Origin: Oculina patagonica
Lineage: Eukaryota
Assembly (NCBI RefSeq): GCF_052425735.1
Contig: NC_135758.1
Coordinates: 32,364,001 to 32,428,000, forward strand
Direction: 5' to 3'
Length of the DNA stretch: 64,000 bases
Shown here: piece by piece, positions 1 to 10,018 of the stretch
Numbering within the stretch: position 1 is the stretch's first letter
How the letters are laid out: each line of letters starts with the position of its first letter
Translations under genes and position numbers: made by a program
Notes under the pieces: model-generated
Told to the model about the DNA's origin: nothing
Seen by the model: the letters and a program-made list of their open reading frames with translations, nothing else
Database searches by the model: none

Positions 1-264
1 GCCCTTCTCCAAGGTAGCCTCCATGTCAGGGGTTATAACATCAGCAAAACTACTCACACTACTCCCCTGGGATTTACTTTTGTCCATAGAAGAGACTGAC
101 ACAGCAGAGCCAGAATCAGATTCAATATCAGGCGCAGCTAGCATGACATATTCATGATCACTGTTTGTCGACTTAGAACCTGGACTCCGAGGTTGCTCTG
201 GACTGCTGGAATTGCTTTCTCCTTTTACACATTGTTCACTTGCCCCTGTGTTTTGATCTGCCAT
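1..264 (-). CDS. 5' coding end of an unidentified gene running off the left edge; Ser/acidic-rich disordered N-terminus (possibly RABGAP1-like)
   Basis: ATG at 264 opens an uninterrupted 88-codon frame to the window edge: MADQNTGASEQCVKGESNSSSPEQPRSPGSKSTNSDHEYVMLAAPDIESDSGSAVSVSSMDKSKSQGSSVSSFADVITPDMEATLEKG. It is absent from the ORF track because no stop lies in the window. Divergent from MRPS2. Confidence 0.65.
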   Translation of the reverse strand, partial: MADQNTGASEQCVKGESNSSSPEQPRSPGSKSTNSDHEYVMLAAPDIESDSGSAVSVSSMDKSKSQGSSVSSFADVITPDMEATLEKG

Positions 265-1140
265 AAATAATTTTGCCTGCTTTTCAAAAGATGTTTGAGG
301 TCAGCTTATCTGACTGTTTTCCCAACAAAGCAATGTCTCGAGAAAATTTACTCCGCTTCTTTTGCCGGGGAAAATTAAATTTTCTTGCTAAGAGGTTTAA
401 TTTATCCGCACTGTGGCATCAATATTTTATGCACGTCAAACGAAACCGCTCACAGAAGACCACTTTCGAACTTGACAAATGCCGACGTCTTCCAAGTAGA
501 GGATAAAATGATCAACAATGTCGAGGAGCAGAAAGTTTCTTCGCGGCGATTATTCAAGGGCAAGTCTGCCGCCGCCACAGGCTGTTTATAAAGTGAAGAC
601 TGTCAGATGATGGGAGTCGTTCTCGCCGGTCTGAAAATGAGAAATCCCATTTATTTGCTTTACAAATGTTTGTTTCTGAAATGTCGACGATCGTATCAGA
701 AGGCGAAACGAATGCCAATACAAATTTACAAACCATAAGTTCTTACCTTTGTTCTTTCTGAAGCCGGCGAAGGTCAAAAAGAAGGCCGTCGATCGCCCAC
801 ACATAAGGTTTTATTTAAAATATCTTTAGCGAGACTAGAGCTGAGGCAGACTGATCAAATGTGACGTCAAGCGAGGGAGGATACCACTTATTTACCTTTC
901 AAATGGTGGCTTATTGGGTGCGCCTTTTACATAACTTCATTCCCATGCCACAAAGCTTTTTAAAATAGACAAAATCATTTCCTTCGGCCCACATGCACGA
1001 CAATACAATAACGTAAATTCCAACCAAATCAAATCGATCAAAATATATCAAGCTTAGCTTCGTCTCACCACTCGCGATGCTCGCTGGGATTCATGCGATG
1101 CTTCAAGTTTGGTACATGAAGTCAGTTTTAAGGTTTCAAC
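265..1140. promoter_or_regulatory. Putative bidirectional promoter region between the left-edge gene and MRPS2
   Basis: About 880 bp between divergent ATGs and CpG-richer than the flanks. Full CRE palindrome TGACGTCA at 862-869. YY1-like AACATGGCGGC overlaps the MRPS2 start codon. Confidence 0.55.
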
Positions 1141-4100
1141 ATGGCGGCCTTGCACGGCCTCCGAACGGTTTGGAATATTTCATCTTTTAGAGGTAGGCAT
1201 CGTTGTTTTTTCAAACAGATGGAGTTCCAGGTTTTTTTTAACTACTTCCCTTCTATTTTTCTTCCAGTAAACACAGTGATCTCGTCTCTTTTGGCACCAG
1301 TAACAAGATTGAGACAGGGTTGTTCTATACATAGCTCTGCACGTTCCAGTCAATTATTGGATAATAATCAGATACAGCGAGAAAACAATTCCTCTGTTGC
1401 ACAAAGTCATGAAATTAAAACAAATGATGATGGTAAGACTGCTATATACTACAAAAAAGGACGTTGTAGTCACAGCCCACTGGCCAATATTCCGTTGGGG
1501 GAGGGGGTGGGGGGTTGGGGAATTGCATATTTTCATTGGGATCAAATTTGAAGTTCAAATAGCTCACACTCAGTGCCAGTTGTTTTGTAGATAGCAACTA
1601 CTCAGACTACTGTATCACAATCTTAAGGTGGCTCGTACCAGTTTTTCTTGCGTAGGAAGTCTGGTGACTAGCGCGCGCGTCACGCTTCAAACCCACGAGT
1701 CACGCGCGAGATTTGAAAAGGAAAACAAACATGGCGGCCCAATGCGAGGTTGCTTTTCTTCAATTTAAGAAAAAATTCCGCATTCAACTGAAGTTGTTTC
1801 AACAAGAACATTTTAAGTCAACTTAATGTTCGTCAGTCAAAATGTTTTCGGATCTCACTACTCGAGTTACAAAAGCGAATTCGCATGTGCTACGATCGAT
1901 CTTGTCGGAGATCGTGACTCAATTGCACTTTTTTTGTTTCAGCTTATTTGACTTCGCTGTCAAACACATGATTATTCAGACAAAGAAATACTTTTAAAAA
2001 AGTAAAAGGGAGTAACTACAGAATACCCCGCCACATCGAGCCCATTTTGAATTTATTTTATTTTTATACTCGAACTTTAATTAATTAGTTTCTGCGTACC
2101 GCGTAGCCGGCTACGTGGAATTTAGTTCAAGTGGCAGGGTATTCTGCAGTTAAGCCAAAAGGGAGACCTAAGAGGCACAACTGGCGCCAACTGAAACTGG
2201 GTAAATCCCATGAAATCCTGAGCTGAAAAGTTTCGCAGACAAAGCAAGGGTCAGCGAGGGGAAGTCCACGCGTGTTGCGCGTGTATGCGCCCGCAAAGAT
2301 CAGCGGTAGTCAGAACTGAGCATGAGTAAATACCAAACTTTTAAAATCGAAATTTTAAAGTGCGCGGAAACGCGCGTGGGAATTATTGAGTTCGCGAAGG
2401 CTTTAGCAAGAAAACTAACCCGATGACCCCTATTTTTTATTGCCCTAATATTTTCCTTTTATGTAAAGGAAACGCCAGAAAAAATCTAAAAAAATTCTAC
2501 GAAAGGAATTTTTAATTACTTACAAATTGCCCTTTTTTGCATTTGCAAAAAATCCGCTTCGTAGAATTTTTTTAAAATAATTATACAGTTTCTTTTTCAG
2601 GTGCCAAAAGTTATCACGAGAAAAAAAATGGGGGTCATCGAGTTAGTTTTCAAGATATAAGCACCGGAAGCTGAAAAGGGGTCCTTAAAATCATTGCCTA
2701 TCATTGCCATGGTAACCACTGATGACGTAATTATTGGTATTTTGGAACAAAAACACAATGGGTAATTTAATTATACAAAAATTTTGTTACGATCTTTCAT
2801 TAATTTTTTGGCCATTTTCTTCCAAACGTCGCACAGTCAAAAACCTGAAAACTGGTACGAGCCACCTTAAGGTAATTTTGAACTTGAGCCAAAATTAATG
2901 AGGTTTGGAATTCCAAAATTGGAAAAATGGACCAGGCTGGGGATTTTTACATTTTTTCCTCTCATGGGTATAATCAAATATGTTCTGCAATATAAAGAAT
3001 AGGAACAACTGTTGGACGTTTTAGCTGGGCAAGTTAACTCTGTCATGTGTTCCTTTTCATGCAGACCCTGTTATCACTCCTACAGTTGAAAACGTCCTTG
3101 AGCATCCAGATTTCTTTGAAGTTCATAAACTTTTCACAGTGAGAGATTTATTCAATGCCAATGTACATCTTGGTCATTATGAAGGCTGCTGGGAGCCACT
3201 GATGAAGCCGTACCTGTATGGCATAAGAGAACATCATCATATCATTGATCTCAACCAGACAGTGGTACATTTGAGGGTATGCAAATTATTAATAATACAA
3301 CAATTGGATGGGGGTTTTAGGAAAATCTGAATTAATCAACCTTTATTATTCTGGATATTGCAAAACGGAATCTGATGTTTTATTGCATATTGTTTTAAAG
3401 AAAGTAATGGTTATTTTACTTTAGTAAATGGTTTGAACCCAGGAGTATCAGTAGGTCGTATAGTGTGATCGTCCAGGTGAGAGTAGTTCAGAGAAGAACT
3501 GTTGTTGGTGACTAACGTTTTGACAACCTGAATGGAAGTCATCTTCAGAGTCGAGATGTTATTTTGGTCGTTTTTTTTTACTATTGCACAAAACACAATG
3601 GAGACATGTGGACTCTTGGAAATCATGCATTCCAGACGCATGTTATGGTTCAATTTTACCTTTAGTACAAAAACCTGGGTAAAGATTTCCAAGAAAAATT
3701 GATTATGTTTTAATCATATCCTTATTACGTTTTATTTCAAAGTCAGATTTATTAAACCAATCTTTGGAAAACTAAAACAAAACTAGGGCATTATTCATCT
3801 GAGTAACACCCATCAGTAAGAGTTTCTTGCCTTCTGATTCATTTTATGATTTGTGGAATGGGATCGATATTATTGAAATACGAATTATTCACTTTTAGCA
3901 ATAGGGATTGAAAGTCATTAACTATTGTCTTTTCTTTACTTTCAGCTGGCCTTGAATGTTCTTGGACACATTGCTTACAGAGGAGGAAAAATCCTATTTA
4001 TCTCAACACATCCACAGTTTGAGGAATTGACGCAGCGCACTGCTAGAGACTGTGGAGAGTATTTCATTACTCGAAGATGGCGAGGAGGAACTCTAACTAA

Positions 4101-4443
4101 TTCTTACATGTTACTGGGAACGACCAAACATCCTGATATGATTGTATTTTTACATTTGCCATCACTTGGAAAAAAAACGCAAGCAGTGACAGAAGCCGCG
4201 ATGGCAAATATTCCAACTATTGGTATAGTGGATACTGACTGCAATCCGAACCTTATTATGTATCCAATACCTGGAAATGATGATACCCCATCTGCTGTCG
4301 AACTCTATTGTGACTTGTTTAGAAAAGTCGTATTAAAGGCTAAGGAAGTGAGAAAAGCAAAGGATGAAGGCGCTAAGGAATTGGGTGAGATAAGGTTACA
4401 AGATGAAGTTGAAAACCAGGGTGAGGACGTGACAAATTATTGA
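1141..4443 (+). CDS. MRPS2: Mitochondrial small-subunit ribosomal protein uS2m (28S ribosomal protein S2), 4 exons, 308 aa
   Basis: Exons 1141-1192, 1268-1432, 3065-3276, 3946-4443; all introns GT..AG; total 927 nt in frame. S2 motifs: HPDFFEV..LFTVRDLFNANVHLGH, IIDLNQT, RWRGGTLTN, AVTEAAMANIPTIGIVDTDCNP, YPIPGNDD. Arg/Ser-rich presequence-like N-terminus. AATAAA at 4574-4579. Confidence 0.95.
1627..2866. mobile_element. Non-autonomous Kolobok-like DNA transposon in MRPS2 intron 2
   Basis: Perfect 19-bp TIR GGTGGCTCGTACCAGTTTT / AAAACTGGTACGAGCCACC; TTAA on both sides (1623-1626, 2867-2870); GG termini; no ORF. Confidence 0.8.
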
Positions 4444-5329
4444 TGCAATGACAGCCTTTTGAAATTAAATATACCGTCCTTAAGTACACTCTTTTGTAAA
4501 AAATCAAGTACATTTACTTCTTGGCTACTTGTAGATTCGTCTACTAGCTCATAGAAGCTGTGTAGTGTTGTATAATAAAAGCCTTATAGGTGTTTTACCA
4601 TTTCTTGTCACTGGGTCATAACTAGTCGAGAAAGTCAAGGAACTCATCAGCTTAAGGAAAATTAAGTCGTTACTTCAAACAATGTTCCCGTTAGGAGTAC
4701 GATAGTGATGTGACGAAGATCCCAGCAAATAGAAGAATGAAAAATTGTCGTTTTTACTTTTTTACTCCCGTGCTGCGTGCTGGATTCATTCAAGTCAGGC
4801 AATGCCTTATGAAGAGGTCATCTAAACAACGGCGAAATTTGCGCGACTCAGTTTAGCTATCACAAAAATATTCCCTCGCTTCACGCCAGTCTTTTATTGT
4901 TTGGAAGATGTAAAACGGTGTAAAAAATATCCAGCTTTTAACGATTCGTATTTTCAAACGTTCCTACCAAGAACATCTCTGCACGAATTTTCCGTGATGA
5001 ATCAATCAATCAAACCTGAGTTAAAGTTTCCAGGTTATGAAATGCGAAATTTTTTATTTACAGTCGAAGCTCTCTTTACGGACACTCTCGTAAGCGGACA
5101 GCTGTACTTACGGCCGCTTTGTCTGAAATAATTGTTAATGTTCCAAAATGACGCTAAAGAGCGGTATAAAACTGCTCTATACGCCTCTATAGCGGTATAA
5201 AACTGCTCTATACGCAGATAGTGGTATAAAACTTCGTCACATCACTATGTGCGGTATAAAACTGCGCTTTGTCTGAAACCCCGTTTTAACTCCCATACAA
5301 ACTCTGTATTTTAATAATAATAATAATAA

Positions 5330-6077
5330 CTAGTAATACGTGACTCGCAGGGCCTCGCGAAGCTCTGGAGTGGATTATTTGAAGTTGAACATTGTACATT
5401 TCAATTTTCCACAGTAGGCAGGAAGATATATTTGTTAAAAATTAGTAACGGGCATGGCCGCGACACCTTCGTTCCCAGGGTCTACTCCGCTTTGAAGATG
5501 GCGGCTCTTTCAGGTTCGTAAAGAGGTATAAAGCGTTGGGAAGCGCAGGCTATTTTCAAAATCATCGACAAATTATTGGATAGTCGCATTTTGGACATTT
5601 ATTTGAGGGCATTAAAAAAAAGAAGAACGAACGGCAGGAGGATTCGAACCCTCCGCCCGCGCGCCCCTGATGGCGATGAAAGGTTTATAGCCTGAATAGG
5701 CGTTGAGGGAGTATTATGTGGAAATCAGTGTTATTTTAATCCGAAAAGAAAAACGATAAAAATGAAAGGCTCAGGATTCGAACCCACAAAAAAAATAAGG
5801 AAAAAAAAAAAAAAAAAAAAAAAAAAACCCTAGCCGGATTCGAACCCGCGCCCTCAGTCCCGAAGATCTGATTTCAAGTTCGACGCCTTACCATTAGGCC
5901 ACCAGCACGCGGCGGCCGTGTGACGTCATTTCCGCCACACACCAAGCTCACAAATAAATAAATATATATATATATATGACCGTAAACTCCATACGAGATT
6001 TCATCCCGCCTGAGCCCTTTGAGGGACAAAATTATACACCCCGCTACGCTCGGCCTTCGGCCTCGCTTCGCGAGGAA
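5330..6077 (-). mobile_element. Helitron/Helentron-like non-autonomous element inserted in an (AAT)n tract
   Basis: On the minus strand it starts TC and ends CTAG. 11-bp subterminal inverted repeats CCTCGCGAAGC (5353) / GCTTCGCGAGG (6066). GGCCTTCGGCC hairpin near 6052. (AAT)n on both sides and no discrete TSD. Confidence 0.55.
5828..5910 (-). pseudogene. tRNA-derived (Ser-UGA-like) Pol III cassette, pseudo-tRNA
   Basis: Minus strand: A-box TGGCCTAATGG, AAGGCG..ACTTGAAATC anticodon-loop-like segment, long variable arm, B-box GGTTCGAATCC, followed by a long T run. Acceptor and anticodon stems pair poorly. Confidence 0.5.
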
Positions 6078-6409
6078 TAATAATAATAATAATAATAATA
6101 ATAACGGCTTTATTGGAAGAGCTTCCACAGAGTGGCTCTTCGTCTTCCAAATAAACTAAATTTACAGAGTTATTAAAATATATAAAAGATTATTATTTAC
6201 AATAAAAAATAACTATGAAATCTGAAACTTCTCATAAAATTACACGAATACTATAAAAATGGATCACTAAAAAGAAAAAAAAGAAAACTGAGGGAAAAAT
6301 TAACCTATGCGAGACTTTGCATTTTTTGAATAAAATGTCTTAAACGGTCTCCCGTAAGCGGACATTCCCGTAAGCGGCCGCGGACACTTTCAGAGATTAC
6401 GACTTATTA

Positions 6410-6565
6410 TGGTGGATTTCCACTAACGCGTAATTTTTTACGTGCGTAAAAAAAATTAGAGACAATGTAAGAACGGCTTGCGTACACGTTTACGCAGGCC
6501 GTTCATACATTGTCTCTAATTTTTTTCACGCACGTAAAAATTTACGCGTCAGTGGAAATCCACCA
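6410..6565. mobile_element. Fold-back MITE, PIF/Harbinger-like
   Basis: Near-perfect 156-bp palindrome TGGTGGATTTCCACT...AGTGGAAATCCACCA with TTA on both sides. Confidence 0.75.
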
Positions 6566-6763
6566 TTAGACTTTTTTCTTTGTTTTTAAGCTCCCGTAAG
6601 CGGACACCCCAAAGAAAATCCTTTTAACAACCTCTGTATCTTGTTTTTATCAATCAACTTCACATCGCCGTGCGTCACAAAGATTTTACAGTAATTACAG
6701 TATCATATTTCAGTGTTTGTTTTGTCGTCAACCACGCCCGGTTACATTTCGAAACACCACTTA

Positions 6764-7024
6764 CCGTATTTTCTCGATTAAACGCCGGGCCCCGAATAAA
6801 CGCCGGGTCTCCAAGTTGTATTTGAAAATAAACCCCTTAGACAACTATTTAAGGTTGAATATGCTTTAAAAATAATGTCTAATTATATAGCTGTCAAAAA
6901 TAATGAATAAAAATCATTTCTTAGAAACATAGTGCTTGAAAAAACTCCTGAATTCAAATAAACGCCGGCCCTATAGCGCCAAGTTTAAAATAAACGCCGG
7001 GGGCGTTTAATCGAGAAAATACGG
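6764..7024. mobile_element. Tc1/mariner-like MITE
   Basis: TA|CCGTATTTTCTCGATTAAACGCC...GGCGTTTAATCGAGAAAATACGG|TA; internal AATAAACGCCGG repeats. Confidence 0.85.
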
Positions 7025-7247
7025 TACATCAATATTAGCATTATGTTAGCTGGGCAAGCTCTCGTAAGCGGCCATCTATCCCCTACACCTCTAGTGGCTG
7101 CTTACGAGAACCATTCTCGTAAGCGGCCAGCTCCAGCCGCGGACACTTTTTTCGCGTCCCGAGGGTGTCCGCTTACGAGAACTTCGACTGTATTTCTTTC
7201 TGTTTTCAGTGTATACTTAATTTCTTTTTTCTACTTAAGTGTTTCTT

Positions 7248-7415
7248 AATAGGCCATTTCCAATATATTAAAATTCTAACTTGGCTGCGAGGCTTGGGGG
7301 AATAAAACAAAAGATATCACGTCGAGGTTCAGGAATGAATAAATCATTTCTTTTGTTTTATTCCCCCAAGCCTCGCAGCCAAGTTAGAGTAAAAATATAT
7401 CGTAATTGGCCTATT
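7248..7415. mobile_element. Palindromic MITE (second copy at 12865-13031)
   Basis: AATAGGCCA...TGGCCTATT termini with internal inverted repeats CTTGGCTGCGAGGCTTGGGG; closely related copy in opposite orientation inside a KCNT intron. Confidence 0.7.
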
Positions 7416-8045
7416 CCATCTGGTCATTTCTTCCGTAGTGTAACAATAGTGTTCCAAATACAAAAGAAAAAAGTTCTTGTTGTAGAGCATTCAACCTTCA
7501 ACGCAAGAACGATTGCCATTGAAATGAACTTAGCTAGTTACTTGTTATAAACAATGTATTCTAGTTTTGCGGCACTCAATGATGTGTTCGTGGACTAAAA
7601 AGGGTTAGTTTCTGTTACTGTATTGTCCGTCGATTTGGCCGCCTAATTTTTCGAGGACGACTTGGTCGTCTAGACGGACAAGTCGTCAAAAAGCCGTCTT
7701 AAATTCACACTATACGAACAAATCGTCAGACAACTTGCCCGTCTTCTAGTGTGAAAACGGCCATTAACGTGTTCGACTGCAGATCAAGCTGTTTAAGCCC
7801 TGATAGGGACACTGTGTTGTGTCCTAGGAATGTTCAAGGTTCTTCTTAAAGTTTCCACCGTTCATGGAAATCCCCCTCCTCCCTCCCTCCTTCTGGGAAG
7901 TAACATTTCTTACAAGAGACGAGTGTGGGCGCGAAACATGATAAGAAAACGCTTCTTCAGCGGACCGCAAGTAGCACAGCCCCACCCAGCTTGTTCCAGA
8001 CATTATCAGCATACCGTAATAACGTTGATTCCAGGCTTTTAAATT

Positions 8046-8269
8046 AGGGGTCATGAATGTTCCCTCAAAATGTCGCAATGCTCGCAAAATTTTAGTGGGT
8101 GCTCGTTTGCTCGTGCTCGCACATTTTTACAAGTGCTCGCATGCTCGGTTTTTAGCGGAGGTAGGTTTTTGAAAAGTGCTCGTTGCTCGCAAGGCTAATT
8201 TTTGTCAATGCTCGTGCTCGCAAAGAAAAACCCTGTGCTCGCATGCTCGCAAAGACCATTTGATACCCC
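8046..8269. mobile_element. MITE with (GCTCGCA)n internal repeats (second copy at about 61722-61976)
   Basis: AGGGGTCATGAATG...CATTTGATACCCCT termini; near-identical reverse-oriented copy at 61.7-62.0 kb. Confidence 0.7.
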
Positions 8270-10018
8270 TTAAATTAACGTCTAAAAAAGCTTTATTCCT
8301 TCATTTTAAGGGATTCCATGCTTGGCACAAGAATTTAATATAAAACAATTTTCAAAAGTTGAACAAACAGTATTTACAAGTGTAGTCACTAGAACTACTC
8401 ACAATTCTGATTTAAATTTATTACAATATTTTAAATTTAATTACTAAAACCTTAAAAGGATTCATTAAAAGTAACAACTTCTTTCGAATACTAATTAACC
8501 AGGGAAAGAAATGTAGATATCAATTGCTAAACTTTGTGTTTTTCAATTTAAACTGTCGTCACATCTAACATGAGCGGCAGTTTGCAAAGCACAATAAGTC
8601 GTGCTGAAAATTGCTGTAGGACCTATAGACCAGTCCAACATCCCTTATCCAAAACCCGTTTTAGAAGTAACGTTCGATACTTTGGTATACTAATACTAAA
8701 TTAACATTACCACTATCTCGGACATTAGTCCTCGCCTTTTTCCTACAAAACCATGGCTGATATCTTATCAAGGATTCAACCTTTTTAACAACTTCCAGAA
8801 AAAACCTGCGAATACAGTTCGTTTTTGTGTTCCTTTTATCGCAAGATAAATTCTTTTTCAATACAGAAGGCAAGGTTGTCTTCAAAGGGTCAGTAAATAT
8901 TGAGGGAGGGGGGGGGGGGGGGAGATGGGGCGTAAGCCCGGGAGAAAAGGGGCGGGAAACGGGAGAAGGGATACGGAATTCCTCAGGTAGCGGGAACCGG
9001 GATAAAACGAGTAAAGGTCTGTAAAATTTCGTTATGTTTCGGCTACAGAAAGGGGCGGGAGGAGTAAAAAATACGGGAAGCGGGAGTAAAAGGCACGGGA
9101 GAAGGGAGGTTGAGACCGCCACCCCCCCCCCCCCCTCACATGTCCCCTCCCATAAATAAGCACGAACAAAATGTAATTATAAATATTTGTTCAGAGGCAA
9201 AACTTTGACAGCAGCTTCAATTTCAAAGTAAAGCAAACTGAATGTAAAAATAGTTACAATAAAGCTGTAGAGCTTTCAATCCCACAGATCAACAACATAT
9301 TAATTTATCTGTCAAATGGCAAATTGTCACATTGTGCCTCGTCTTTTGGTCCTCTTCGCAACATTATGATGCGTTAAATTTAGTACAAGGAACATTATAA
9401 TAAAGTATAATAAATAAAATTGCGGGTTTTTTTACTGTAGTTACATTATTGGTGACATCACCTAAAAATATCAGATAAGAGTTTTACTAAAACTTACAAT
9501 GACCTACAATGTCATATTATTTTCCTATCGAAAGAAAGCCAGAGAGGCTATCAATTCAATTCTTGTTCTTGCACAATTTGCGCACAAAATCTGTTATTAA
9601 ACTACAATTATTGTATTTAAACTTCATGTTGAAGAAGTGTCCTTTTACTGCAGGATTTTGCTTAGCAGAGAAAGTCTTGATCTGTATTGTAATCCTACAA
9701 GTAACTGTTTTTTATTAGCTGGTACAAAAATGACACTGCCATAATTTGTGATCCAATCGAGAAATACACGGCAAGAAGACATCCAAGCATACACCAGCCA
9801 CTGCACGTGATAAACGTCGGTAAAAGTTTTTTCCTGCATGATAAATTCGCAGTAACGGAGGGCAGGACCACAGAAATGTCTTATTTTCTTGTTGCTGTTG
9901 TCGGTGTTTCTCGACCAAGCATCATCAGTTAGTGCTTCTTTGTGGTGAGACCATTAGCACTTGTTACCGAGCACTGAGCATGGCAGTTCTTCTCTGTTCA
10001 GTAATGCTGTTAATCTGC

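Larger units (their letters stand above)
5061..7190. mobile_element. Tc1/mariner (pogo/Tigger-like) MITE hosting several nested insertions
   Basis: TA|CAGTCGAAG...CTTCGACTG|TA termini. The internal motif CTCGTAAGCGG(ACA) recurs in separated blocks at about 5087, 6351-6377, 6594 and 7060-7180. Confidence 0.75.

Noticed and set aside
1141-1551. 136-aa ORF as a stand-alone protein
   Set aside because: It is MRPS2 exon 1, intron 1 and exon 2 plus run-on into intron 2.
5161-5264. CRISPR-like repeat/spacer pattern
   Set aside because: Repeats are only 13 bp, the first two spacers are near-identical, there are no cas genes and the context is eukaryotic. It is a minisatellite.
5828-5910. Functional tRNA-Ser gene
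   Set aside because: Acceptor and anticodon stems do not pair properly and it lies inside a mobile element.
8661-9122. 153-aa Pro-rich ORF
   Set aside because: Produced by poly-G tracts and CGGGA repeats of a repeat element downstream of the KCNT stop; no protein family features.
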